From Maribacter sp. (lineage in GTDB: Bacteria; Bacteroidota; Bacteroidia; Chitinophagales; Saprospiraceae), in the NCBI GenBank assembly GCA_051275765.1, contig JBNMOV010000001.1, positions 1-53,329 of the forward strand: a DNA stretch of 53,329 bases. The letters run 5' to 3'. Below, piece by piece: positions 34,372-44,186 of the stretch. The first letter of the stretch is position 1. Each line of letters starts with the position of its first letter. The notes under the pieces were generated by a model. That model did not search any database and had not been told where the DNA came from. It saw nothing but the letters and a program-made list of their open reading frames with translations. The translations under genes and the position numbers were made by a program.

Positions 34372-36033
34372 ATGAAAAAGCAAATTGTACTAATAACCAC
34401 CATACTGGCATTTATTTTTGTCAACATGTCATATGCACAGGACGAAGGAAATTTTTCGGGAAGCTTAGAACTCAATGGAAATTTTTTTATTAGAGATTCT
34501 ACGACCAGTGATACCACATCGAGTCTTTCTATTCCTCCACAAACCCAAAACGAATTTTTCGGAGGAGAAGCATGGCTGAATATGAATTATACCAATAGAG
34601 GTTTTGATTTTGGACTTCGTTTCGATGCTTTTTATAATTCTAATTTGCCAGATCCCACAGCGTCCTATACCGCTCAAGGTATTGGTTATTGGCATATCCG
34701 CAAGAAAATACATGGTTTAGACATTACTGCTGGGCATTTTTACGATCAGATAGGAAGCGGAATTATTTATCGGAGCTACGAAGTTCGTCCATTGTTTATA
34801 GACAATGCCTTGATAGGAATCAGGATGAATTATGATTTGATTGATAAAGATGCTGGTTCTTTGAATGTGAAGGCATTTATGGGAAGGCACAAAAAACCTT
34901 TTGATGATGATAAGAATGATGTTATCAGCAAAGCGCTTCGTTCAGTAGTTAAAGGATTGGCCTTTGATGGTTTTTGGGCTAGCGAATCGGGTAGTGTATC
35001 CTTTGCTCCTGGAGCAGGTGTGGTAAGTAGAACGTTGGATGAAAACACGATGAATCAGATAGTAAGCCAAGTAGTCTTGGATTCTAATAATCTTTTTGTA
35101 CCCAAATTTAATGTTTATGCTGCCACGATTTATAATACATTGTCTGTTTGGAGATTTACAGGATATGGAGAAGTAGCTTATAAGACTAAAGAGGCCATTG
35201 ATAATCCAAATGATGATTTGAGTTGGATAAATAAAGGTGGTCATACGATCTATGGCTCTTTAGGCTATTCTCAAAAAGGTTTGGGGATAACTGTCGAAGC
35301 GAAGGTGACAGATCATTTTGCAGTAAGATCTGATCCTACTCGAGAACTGAACCTACAAACCCAAGAAGGGGTCTTACATTTTTTACCTCCTATGACCAGA
35401 ATCAATACCTATAGATTGACATCAAGATACAATGCTGCTACACAAGAATTTGGAGAATTGGCATTTCAAGCGGATATAAGATATTCCCCTAAAAAGACCT
35501 TGACGTTCAATATTTTTGGTTCACTTATCAATGATTTAGACAACACAAACTTGTTCAGAGAATTGCAATTTAATGTCAAATATAGAAAGCCTAAACAGTA
35601 TTCGATGACTACTGGAGTTCAGTATATAGAGTATAATCAGGAGCAATTCGAGACTAAGCCAGGAGTACCTATGGTCAAAGTACTGGCACCTTATGTCGAT
35701 TTTTTGTATAAGTTTGATAAGAAAAAATCATTAAGAGCAGAGGTGCAATATTTATATACAGATGAGGATTTAGGACAGTTTGCATTTGCTTTACTAGAAT
35801 TCAGTGTAGCACCACATTGGATCATTACAGCATCTGATATGGTCAATGTAAAGCCTAAGAAAGCAGCTGAAATTGTGCATTATCCACGTTTGGCAATTGT
35901 TTATGTTAATAAGTCGAATCGCTTTAGTATTGCATTCGTAAGGCAAGTGGCAGGGGTAGTGTGTTCAGGCGGTATTTGCCGTCCAGAACCTGCATTTACT
36001 GGTGTTAAAGTAGGCGTAACTTCTGCTTTTTAA
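34372..36033 (+). CDS. Predicted outer-membrane beta-barrel protein of unknown function
   Basis: A signal peptide, alternating-hydrophobicity strands throughout, and a C-terminal ...GVKVGVTSAF ending in Phe (OMP signature). Confidence 0.5.
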   Translation: MKKQIVLITTILAFIFVNMSYAQDEGNFSGSLELNGNFFIRDSTTSDTTSSLSIPPQTQNEFFGGEAWLNMNYTNRGFDFGLRFDAFYNSNLPDPTASYTAQGIGYWHIRKKIHGLDITAGHFYDQIGSGIIYRSYEVRPLFIDNALIGIRMNYDLIDKDAGSLNVKAFMGRHKKPFDDDKNDVISKALRSVVKGLAFDGFWASESGSVSFAPGAGVVSRTLDENTMNQIVSQVVLDSNNLFVPKFNVYAATIYNTLSVWRFTGYGEVAYKTKEAIDNPNDDLSWINKGGHTIYGSLGYSQKGLGITVEAKVTDHFAVRSDPTRELNLQTQEGVLHFLPPMTRINTYRLTSRYNAATQEFGELAFQADIRYSPKKTLTFNIFGSLINDLDNTNLFRELQFNVKYRKPKQYSMTTGVQYIEYNQEQFETKPGVPMVKVLAPYVDFLYKFDKKKSLRAEVQYLYTDEDLGQFAFALLEFSVAPHWIITASDMVNVKPKKAAEIVHYPRLAIVYVNKSNRFSIAFVRQVAGVVCSGGICRPEPAFTGVKVGVTSAF

Positions 36034-36153
36034 TTTTTTTTAGAATAAATTGCTAAGAGTTCATTATATTTAGAGAGTGATGGTATTTTTGTACCATCAC
36101 TCTTTTTAATTCATTGGGGTTCTTGACAACTCTACTCTAAAATTATATCAAAC

Positions 36154-36969
36154 ATGAAAAAAATCTTACTTCTACTTTGTTTTGCTATTAGTCATCAGTT
36201 TTTAATGGCACAATGTACACCAGATACTGATGCGACTACATGGGGATTACACCCAGTTCCTAGTGTCGATTTAAATGGCTTGGGAGCTGTTCCTGAAACA
36301 CCAGCTTATATAGGTGCTGATTATTCTTATACTTTTACGGTAGTGATACCCAGTAACTTGGAAGTCCCTGGAATAGGTTCAATAGGTGTAACACAAGCAG
36401 TCGTTACGAGCGTCGATGGTTTGCCATCAGGAATGATATTTGATGATTGCTCTTCATCTAATTGTACATTCCCTGGAGGAACGACAGGCTGTTTCAATGT
36501 ATCTGGAATACCAGATGCTACCAACACACCTGGAAATTATCCAATAACTATCAATGTGACTATTTCAGGAATGGTAGGTCCACTTCCTACTCCACCTATA
36601 GAAATTTCTTTCCCTCCGATTAGCTCAGCCCTTAATCCATTTGATTTTCCATTAGATCCTTATGCGATTACATTGAACTTCCCTGTAAGTAATTCTAATT
36701 TACTGGAAAATGAATTGAGCGTAAGCGAAAACAAACCTAATCCATTTTCTAATACTACGCTTATTGATGTAGAAGTAGAAAAAAGTGGAGATTATACGTT
36801 TACAGTAACTAATTTATTGGGTAAGGAAATCTTGAAAGAAGAATATTCATTTGCTACGGGTAAGAATATTATCGAATTTGATGGTTCTAATTTGAGTAAC
36901 GGAATGTATATTTATTCATTGAGTAGCGAAGCTGGTTCAATAGCTAATAAGATGTTGATAAGTAAGTAA
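36154..36969 (+). CDS. Small secreted protein with T9SS C-terminal sorting domain
   Basis: Signal peptide, an Ig-like middle region and the C-terminus KPNPFSNTTLIDVEV...GMYIYSLSSEAGSIANKMLISK. Confidence 0.65.
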   Translation: MKKILLLLCFAISHQFLMAQCTPDTDATTWGLHPVPSVDLNGLGAVPETPAYIGADYSYTFTVVIPSNLEVPGIGSIGVTQAVVTSVDGLPSGMIFDDCSSSNCTFPGGTTGCFNVSGIPDATNTPGNYPITINVTISGMVGPLPTPPIEISFPPISSALNPFDFPLDPYAITLNFPVSNSNLLENELSVSENKPNPFSNTTLIDVEVEKSGDYTFTVTNLLGKEILKEEYSFATGKNIIEFDGSNLSNGMYIYSLSSEAGSIANKMLISK

Positions 36970-36983
36970 TCCAACAACTTCCT

Positions 36984-37072
36984 AAGACAATAAAAAAAGA
37001 TACCAATCTTTCGTCCAAAAATTAGATAATAAAATCTATGGACAAAAGATTGGTATCTTTTTTTATTGTCTT
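36984..37072. repeat. 33-bp near-perfect inverted repeat (bidirectional terminator-like)
   Basis: 36984-37016 (AAGACAATAAAAAAAGATACCAATCTTTCGTCC) pairs with 37040-37072 with one mismatch. The 23-nt loop contains TTAGATAATAAAATCTA. Confidence 0.8.
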
Positions 37073-37088
37073 ATTGAGAACGTATATA

Positions 37089-38708
37089 TTATTTAATAGT
37101 AGTATCTCTTTCTACCTGTTTTAATGCGTTCAATTCCCTCAATGCTTCTTGCAGTAATCCTTCCACTTTTTGTAATCTAATATCCATGTCTGTTCCTCCT
37201 ATAGAAGGAGAAGTAATATTTGGATTACTAGGATCTATCGTATTACTGATCACTTCCTTGGATTGTAACCAATTTTCAAAATCCTCCCTTTCTATAAATT
37301 CTATCATTTCTCCACCTTCAGTAGCTTCTACTACCACAGTTGCGGAAACTCTAGTCTTATCTAGTGAAGAAATCGAAAACTTCCAATACAAAACTTCTTT
37401 ACCACCTTCATTTTTAGTCAAATAACAAGGTTCTAGTGCGACCATCGTTCCTGAATTACCATCGAACCAATGATAGCCTTTCAAAGAATAGACCTTAGAC
37501 ATTGCTCCTCTTGGACCAATAATCGGTTCCGTACTAGGTGGTTCATACATGAATATTTCGCCAGTTTGAGCATTTTGATAATACATTCTGAATAATCCTC
37601 TACCTGAACCTTGTGGTTCTGTATCAATAACTAAATAGGTATCTCCACTATCTGTATAAATGACTAAAGGATATTCGTTATTAGGTAAATTAGGAATGGA
37701 TAACATACCATCTATACTCGTAAATGTATTCCAAAACCCTACTGCATAATCTTGTACAGCTATATATTCCCTCATCAAAGCAAGCGGAGCCATCCATTTT
37801 CCTTTGAAACGAGGGTCTGTTTTAATTTCTTCTCTTGTATAATTCGTGATATTTCCAGCTTCATCAATCACAGCACTACCAGACCAATACGGAATGAAGA
37901 AAAAAGGAAATCCATACTTATATTTAATCTTAGGAGCTACTGCGTAAAATTTATCTGGATCGCCTAGCGTGATATAATGAATTCTAGGATACTGAGCAAA
38001 GAAATCATCGAAATATAATTGCCTCTCTATATTATCTGTATAGAGCATTTCTTCTCCTATCTCAAAAGGCTGATCTATTCGCTGAATGACGGTATCTTTA
38101 TCAAAATCATCTTCATACTTAATAAATCCAGGGTTCTTTTTCATGTATTGTGGTCGCAAACCATCAGGCGTAATCGGTGCAACATAACCAAATCCATCAT
38201 CTTGCAAATATGGTCTAGCATGCTCCCAATCTACTTTTTCAGTTCTAGCTCTTACGGTACTTTCCATCTGATTATAAGCAACTATCCTTGGCGTAAAACG
38301 GAATACATTTTTATTGACAGGAATGTAAGCATCTAGTTCTGTAATATCGCTAGCTACTTTGTGATACATATAATATTCAGATACTTTATTGAAAAGCATC
38401 GTTCCAAAAATGAATGTACTCATCGCTAATATTCCCCACATTGTAGCAGTTCCTTGATTCTTCTTGGCATAAGCCACTAGTGCTCGATATATGAAAAACA
38501 AAAAGAATACGCCCAATAATAAATAAGGCAATCCTTCCACTAAAAAATTGAAGAATATTCCATTGACAATACTAGGATCTATAAAATAGAATAGTACACA
38601 AAACAGCAAAAGAGAAGCAGTTCCTCTCAAGATCCATTTTTTACCTATTTTTTTAAAATCGAAATCTTCTAAGTTGATTTCTCTACGTTGGTTTTTATTT
38701 CCTTCCAT
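37089..38708 (-). CDS. Hypothetical membrane protein (3 N-terminal TM helices, large extracytoplasmic domain, C-terminal coiled coil)
   Basis: Hydrophobic segments at aa ~30-110, then ~400 aa of mixed-fold sequence, ending in LQKVEGLLQEALRELNALKQVE. I recognise no family. Confidence 0.4.
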   Translation of the reverse strand: MEGNKNQRREINLEDFDFKKIGKKWILRGTASLLLFCVLFYFIDPSIVNGIFFNFLVEGLPYLLLGVFFLFFIYRALVAYAKKNQGTATMWGILAMSTFIFGTMLFNKVSEYYMYHKVASDITELDAYIPVNKNVFRFTPRIVAYNQMESTVRARTEKVDWEHARPYLQDDGFGYVAPITPDGLRPQYMKKNPGFIKYEDDFDKDTVIQRIDQPFEIGEEMLYTDNIERQLYFDDFFAQYPRIHYITLGDPDKFYAVAPKIKYKYGFPFFFIPYWSGSAVIDEAGNITNYTREEIKTDPRFKGKWMAPLALMREYIAVQDYAVGFWNTFTSIDGMLSIPNLPNNEYPLVIYTDSGDTYLVIDTEPQGSGRGLFRMYYQNAQTGEIFMYEPPSTEPIIGPRGAMSKVYSLKGYHWFDGNSGTMVALEPCYLTKNEGGKEVLYWKFSISSLDKTRVSATVVVEATEGGEMIEFIEREDFENWLQSKEVISNTIDPSNPNITSPSIGGTDMDIRLQKVEGLLQEALRELNALKQVERDTTIK

Positions 38709-38794
38709 GTTTTATGATTTTATCGCTTCTTATTACAACTCCAATATACTCGAAAAAGATGCAGGTTTTAGATAAATCTGACTCAAATTTCTAT

Positions 38795-38992
38795 AAGGGA
38801 TGAGAAATAAATAAACGATACAACTTATAACGCAGTATTTTTGCTTGCTAATAAGGCAAAAAACGCAGATATAGCCGTAGCTATGGCGAGTATTTTCAAC
38901 GAAGTTAGCAAACAAAAAGGCAAGTTAGAATGTAGCGTTTATTTGTTTCTCGTCCCTAAGTAGTGCTTTGGTAAACCTTTTAGGTTTGCTAA
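38795..38992 (+). repeat. Composite intergenic repeat element (family shared with 46431-46560)
   Basis: Inverted 25-mers AGGGATGAGAAATAAATAAACGATA (38795-38819) and 38932-38956 match at 22/25 positions; two of the three mismatches are G-T-compatible on the plus strand. The 26-mer TTGGTAAACCTTTTAGGTTTGCTAAA (38967-38992) matches 46535-46560 at 22/26. Confidence 0.6.
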
Positions 38993-39123
38993 AGCTAGAT
39001 TTTTTACTCACTTTTAGCAAAATCAAAAGTTTATTAAAAGAAAAGTACAGCATTAAAATTTACAAGTAATATATGGTTTTAAATAAATTCAAGATACCAG
39101 CCAATATCCATTATATTTGAGCC

Positions 39124-40245
39124 ATGAAAACATTCTTTTCTCTATTCTCCTATAAAAGGATTTTTATTACTAATATCATCATTCCGATTTTATTAGGGTT
39201 TTTAATGATGACAATCATTGGAAGATCCATTTCTCGCAAAATGAATCATTTTGATTCTACCTTTTCTTTGGGATTGGTAAATCTTGATGAAGGGAATGAA
39301 TTGGCTACTGAAATAAAAAAGAGAAAAGATATTCAATTAGTAGAAGGAATAACTCAGCAAAATATCTCTAAAAAACTAAAAGAAAATGAAATAGACTTAG
39401 CCTTAGTGATACCAGAAGACTTCTCAAAAAGTATTGCTCAAGGAGGAAAAATAGCACTCCAATTATATCATGAAAATAACTTAACTCAGATAGACGACCT
39501 CATGTCTTCTATTTCTGATTTTGAGGAAAATATTATTAAAACAAGATTGGATAGTATAGGTCGTAATAACGCTTTTATCAATCCTATAGAAATTGATAAT
39601 GTCTATGATTCCAATTTCACGGAAACTACGAATAAAACCATTAGTAATTATGGCCCATTACTATTATTCATTTTTGGTTTTGCAGGATTGATACTTCCTA
39701 GCATCATCATTTTTTCTGAAGCGAAGGAAAAACGAAATATAAAATCACTTACATTATTAGATAAGTTACTAGGTATATCTATTTGGGGAGTATTCTCAGG
39801 AATGTTGTTTTTATTGGGATTATGGTTATCCATATGGTTCATGAGTGGTCTTCCTGCTTTCATCAAAGGATTTTTTAAACAGTATTTTACGATTATTAAT
39901 ACCTTACATTTTACTTGGGTATTCTTATTAGCTCATTTTTTCTGGGTATCATTACTTTCATTTTTTAATGCTAAAGCAGAAAGACATATAGGAGCATTAG
40001 GGATTTCTTATTTCATTTTCTCCTTGTTTTTATTCGGCCTAGCTTTTTCTTCTGCCTTCCTTCCTCTGTTTGAAGAGGGGAATTCCATTATTTTTGCCTT
40101 CATTCCTATTATTAATGCACTAGCAGTCATCAAAAAAATATTACTAGGAACAGGAATCGATTTTATCTTTATATTGTTATCAATATTAAGCTTTCTTCTT
40201 TGGGGAGGGCTAGGTTATTTTATACTGAAAAAACAAACTGCTTGA
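39124..40245 (+). CDS. ABC-2-type transporter permease (NatB-like topology), no ATPase partner in window
   Basis: An N-terminal TM helix, a ~150-aa extracytoplasmic loop, then five C-terminal TM helices. Confidence 0.5.
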   Translation: MKTFFSLFSYKRIFITNIIIPILLGFLMMTIIGRSISRKMNHFDSTFSLGLVNLDEGNELATEIKKRKDIQLVEGITQQNISKKLKENEIDLALVIPEDFSKSIAQGGKIALQLYHENNLTQIDDLMSSISDFEENIIKTRLDSIGRNNAFINPIEIDNVYDSNFTETTNKTISNYGPLLLFIFGFAGLILPSIIIFSEAKEKRNIKSLTLLDKLLGISIWGVFSGMLFLLGLWLSIWFMSGLPAFIKGFFKQYFTIINTLHFTWVFLLAHFFWVSLLSFFNAKAERHIGALGISYFIFSLFLFGLAFSSAFLPLFEEGNSIIFAFIPIINALAVIKKILLGTGIDFIFILLSILSFLLWGGLGYFILKKQTA

Positions 40246-42728
40246 ATCCAGAATTATTCATATCAGAAGAAACATCACAATATTTCGCGACAGTCGTCTT
40301 ACCAATCGCTGTACGAAAATCCTACACCTATGCCATTCCGCCGGATTTACTAGATAAAATCAAATTTGGAATAAGAGTTGAAGTACCTTTTGGAAAAAGT
40401 AAACTCTATGCAGGTATTGTAAAAGAAGTCAGCGAAGAAGCTCCAAACTATAAAACTAAACGTATTATTTCTGTCATAGACGAAGAGCCTGTCATCACAA
40501 AAAACCAGATGAGACTTTGGCAATGGATGGCAGATTACTATTGCTGCACATTAGGAGAAGTGATGAATGCTTCTCTTCCGTCTGGATTGAAACTAGCGAG
40601 TGAAAGTAGAATTATACTAAGTTCATCGTATGATGAAAATCGAGATGGACAAAACCTCACAGACAACGAATTTATCATAGCAGAAGCCTTGACGCTACAG
40701 AATGAATTGAAGATTGAAGATGTCAAAAAGATATTGAATAGGAAGACCATTTATCCTATTATTAAAAGTATGTTGGATAAAAAGGTCATTTTTATATATG
40801 AGGAATTGAAAGAAAAATTCAAAGCAAAAACAATTTCTTGTGTCCGTTTTCAAGAACCTTATCTCTCAGATGGAACTTTGCTAAAAGAAGCCTTTGAAAA
40901 AACAAAACGCTCTGGTAAGCAACAAGAAGCACTCATGGCTTATTTGCAATTGAGCAAAAAAAATGAGTTTGTCAAAAGGCAAGAGATTTGCACATTAGCT
41001 GGTACAGATACTTCTGTTATTAAGGCTATTGAGAAAAAAGGAATCTTTGAAATTTATAAAAGAGAAGTCAGTAGGCTAGGAGGATATTCTGAAAAAATGA
41101 CAGATTTGAGTCCATTATCTACTCAGCAAGAAAATGCTTTAGCAGAAATTGATGTCAAATTTAAAGAAAAGGAAGTCATCTTATTACATGGTGTAACGGG
41201 AAGTGGAAAAACGAGGGTCTATATAGAATTGATGAAAAAGGCGATAGAGAACGGAGAACAGATTTTATATCTCCTTCCAGAAATTGCCTTGACTACGCAG
41301 ATCGTTGGTCGTTTGCAAAAGGTATTTGGAGATAAAATTATGGTCTATCATAGTCGCATGAATAACAACGAAAGGGTAGAACTCTGGCGTTCAGCTCATG
41401 CGGGAAAACCTATTTTGTTAGGAGCGAGATCCAGTCTTTTTCTTCCTTTTACTAATCTAAAACTCATCATCGTAGATGAGGAACACGATCCTTCATTCAA
41501 GCAAAATGATCCAGCTCCTAGATATAATGCTAGAGATACCGCTGTTTTTATGTCATACCTCTATGGTGCTAAAGTGATTTTAGGAACAGCTACACCATCT
41601 TTAGAAACATATAGAAATGTATTGGCGAGTAAATATGGCTTAGTAGAAATGCCAGAGCGATTTGGAGGATTGAAATTGCCAGAAGTTATTTTGGCAGATA
41701 TGAAAGATGAGTCTAAGAAACGTAAGATGCAATCGCATTTTACTTCCATACTCATAGAGGAACTCACAGCAGCATTAGAACGGGGAGAGCAAGCCATTCT
41801 TTTCCAAAATAGACGAGGATATTCTCCTACTGTGATGTGTACTACTTGTGGTTGGAAATCAGAATGTGTGCATTGTGATGTGAGTTTGACTTATCATAAA
41901 TATTCTGATCAGTTGCGATGTCATTACTGTGGATATAAGTCGGAAGTACCACAAACTTGTGCTGCTTGTGGTAATGTTCATTTAGATTTAAAAGGATTTG
42001 GAACAGAAAAAATAGCTGATGAATTACAAATCTATATGCCAACGGGAACGAAGATCGCTCGAATGGATTGGGATACAGTAAAGGGCAAAAATTCATTAGA
42101 AAAACTCATCAATGATTTCGAGGAAAAACGCATAGATATTCTCGTAGGAACGCAAATGGTTACGAAGGGCTTAGATTTTGATAATGTAGGATTGGTAGGA
42201 ATTTTGAGTGCGGATCATTTGATTCATTTTCCTGATTTCAGAGCAAGTGAACGAGCTTTTCAGCTCATGCTTCAAGTGAGTGGAAGAGCAGGACGAAAAC
42301 ACAAACAAGGCAAAGTCGTCATTCAAACCTATAAAACAGATCATCCTTTAGTTTTGGATGTGCTGAATAATGATTTTAGAGGATTTTTAAAACGAGAAAT
42401 GACAGAACGGAGAAATTTTAAATATCCACCCTTTCGTCGTCTCATTAAAATCAGTCTAAAACATAAGAAGCGAGGTACTGTCCAACAAGCAGCAGAGTAT
42501 TTTGGTAATGAATTGAGGATAAAATTTAAAGATCAAGTAATAGGTCCTGCAGAACCAGGAATACCTAGAGTTCGTTCATTTTATTTGCAGGATATTATTC
42601 TGAAATTAGATAAAAACGCTCGCTTGCTCAAGGAAGCAAAAGATCGAATTCATACTATACAAACTGCTCTGCATAAGACTAAAGGCTTTTCTACAGTGAG
42701 AATAATAGTGGATGTAGATCCATATTGA
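40242..42728 (+). CDS. priA: Primosomal protein N' (replication restart helicase PriA)
   Basis: Walker A GVTGSGKT, DEEH box IVDEEHD, a Cys-rich zinc region (CTTCGW...CVHCD...CHYCGY...CAACG) and the helicase C domain. The frame has no ATG before the conserved N-terminus. I prefer TTG at 40242, which overlaps the upstream TGA; the track uses TTG at 40200. Confidence 0.9.
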   Translation: MNPELFISEETSQYFATVVLPIAVRKSYTYAIPPDLLDKIKFGIRVEVPFGKSKLYAGIVKEVSEEAPNYKTKRIISVIDEEPVITKNQMRLWQWMADYYCCTLGEVMNASLPSGLKLASESRIILSSSYDENRDGQNLTDNEFIIAEALTLQNELKIEDVKKILNRKTIYPIIKSMLDKKVIFIYEELKEKFKAKTISCVRFQEPYLSDGTLLKEAFEKTKRSGKQQEALMAYLQLSKKNEFVKRQEICTLAGTDTSVIKAIEKKGIFEIYKREVSRLGGYSEKMTDLSPLSTQQENALAEIDVKFKEKEVILLHGVTGSGKTRVYIELMKKAIENGEQILYLLPEIALTTQIVGRLQKVFGDKIMVYHSRMNNNERVELWRSAHAGKPILLGARSSLFLPFTNLKLIIVDEEHDPSFKQNDPAPRYNARDTAVFMSYLYGAKVILGTATPSLETYRNVLASKYGLVEMPERFGGLKLPEVILADMKDESKKRKMQSHFTSILIEELTAALERGEQAILFQNRRGYSPTVMCTTCGWKSECVHCDVSLTYHKYSDQLRCHYCGYKSEVPQTCAACGNVHLDLKGFGTEKIADELQIYMPTGTKIARMDWDTVKGKNSLEKLINDFEEKRIDILVGTQMVTKGLDFDNVGLVGILSADHLIHFPDFRASERAFQLMLQVSGRAGRKHKQGKVVIQTYKTDHPLVLDVLNNDFRGFLKREMTERRNFKYPPFRRLIKISLKHKKRGTVQQAAEYFGNELRIKFKDQVIGPAEPGIPRVRSFYLQDIILKLDKNARLLKEAKDRIHTIQTALHKTKGFSTVRIIVDVDPY

Positions 42729-42850
42729 TTAGATATTGATATGCTGAGATTTTGAGATATTAAGATAAAAGGATTCTTTTAAAATGAATTAGATTTGAAC
42801 TTGATTTTTTAAAGGTGTATTTTTGAGCCAAAGAATTATAGCCCAACCAT

Positions 42851-44143
42851 ATGTTTTGGATTATCATAGGCATTATTGTTACTCTAGTTTTATCTGCGAT
42901 GTTTTCGGGGATGGAGATAGCGTTTATTTCTGCTGGTAAACTCAATATTGAAATTAGTAAAAGTACAGGCTCTAAACGAGGACGTATCATTGCTAATTTT
43001 TTTGATAATCCTAATGATTTTCTGAGTAGTATGCTAGTGGGAAATAATATTTCCCTAGTTACTTTTTCCTTGCTTTTGGATGGATTGCTACAGCCAGTTA
43101 TAGAGCCATTTTTTACACAGATAGCTCCAGGTTGGTTTCCTGAAAAATTCATTACCGTATTTCCGCTCACTATTATTACGACGATTATCGTATTAATATT
43201 TGGAGAGTTTTTGCCAAAGATATTATTTAGATTATTTGCCAATAAAATACTCTTTTCCCTCGCTTATCCTGTTGCATTTTTTCAGTGGCTATTGACACCA
43301 ATTTCTTGGCTGATGGTCAATCTGTCTGAAAAATTTCTAAGAACAGTAATGAAAATACCAACAGAAGAAACTGTAGATGTATTTACTCGCTTGGATTTGG
43401 CGAAATTTGTAGAATCTACAAGTATGCGAGGACAAGCCAGTGAGTTATTGGATACAGAAATGTTCAGTAATGTACTGGATATGCAACAGACTCGTGTACG
43501 AAACTGCATGATTCCACGTACAGAAATAGAAGGCGTAGAAATTAATGATGGGGTAGAGGAGTTACTAGAACTTTTCATAGAAACGAATCTTTCCAAAATC
43601 ATTATTTATCAAGAAAGTATAGATGATATTATAGGTTATGTGCATCATCAGCATTTATTGGACAGACCTAAAAGCATTCGTTCTGTAGTGCGGAATATTC
43701 CTATCGTTCCAGAAGCTATGCGAATACAGAATCTGATGAATTTATTCATTAGAGAGCGGATTAATGTTGCTTGTGTGGTAGATGAATTTGGAGGAACATC
43801 TGGTATTATTACTTTGGAGGATATACTAGAAGAAATATTTGGAGAAATAGAGGATGAGCATGATATCAGCGAAGAACTGTTAGAAGAAGAAATTTCTCCT
43901 TTCGAATATCGTTTTTCTGGAAGATTGGAAATAGATCATCTCAATGAAAAATACGAAAATATCAATTTTCCTGAAGGAGAATACTCTACTTTGTCTGGTT
44001 ATGTCGTTATGACTACAGGGAACATCCCAGCAGAAAACGAAGTTGTTGAATTAGATGGTTATTCATTTAAATTAGAAATGGTCAGCGATACAAAGCTGGA
44101 AACCATACGAGTTTTCGTATCAGAAGATGACGACGACGAGTGA
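42851..44143 (+). CDS. CNNM/DUF21-CBS-CorC_HlyC family protein (GldE-like)
   Basis: An N-terminal 4-TM DUF21 domain (FSGMEIAFIS), a CBS pair and a CorC/HlyC transporter-associated C-terminal domain. This is the same architecture as Bacteroidota GldE, but gldD is not adjacent, so no symbol is assigned. Confidence 0.7.
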   Translation: MFWIIIGIIVTLVLSAMFSGMEIAFISAGKLNIEISKSTGSKRGRIIANFFDNPNDFLSSMLVGNNISLVTFSLLLDGLLQPVIEPFFTQIAPGWFPEKFITVFPLTIITTIIVLIFGEFLPKILFRLFANKILFSLAYPVAFFQWLLTPISWLMVNLSEKFLRTVMKIPTEETVDVFTRLDLAKFVESTSMRGQASELLDTEMFSNVLDMQQTRVRNCMIPRTEIEGVEINDGVEELLELFIETNLSKIIIYQESIDDIIGYVHHQHLLDRPKSIRSVVRNIPIVPEAMRIQNLMNLFIRERINVACVVDEFGGTSGIITLEDILEEIFGEIEDEHDISEELLEEEISPFEYRFSGRLEIDHLNEKYENINFPEGEYSTLSGYVVMTTGNIPAENEVVELDGYSFKLEMVSDTKLETIRVFVSEDDDDE

Positions 44144-44186
44144 AGGAAATTGTAAAGCAAATAGTTATCTCAATATCTAAAAAAAC

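Noticed and set aside
42760-43242. A 160-aa minus-strand ORF overlapping the CNNM/GldE-like gene. The other antisense track ORFs are similar (2578-2904, 8138-8446, 18074-18454, 34942-35244, 38019-38336 and others).
   Set aside because: They are fully embedded antisense to well-supported genes and have no recognisable motifs. Such shadow ORFs are typical of AT-rich genomes.
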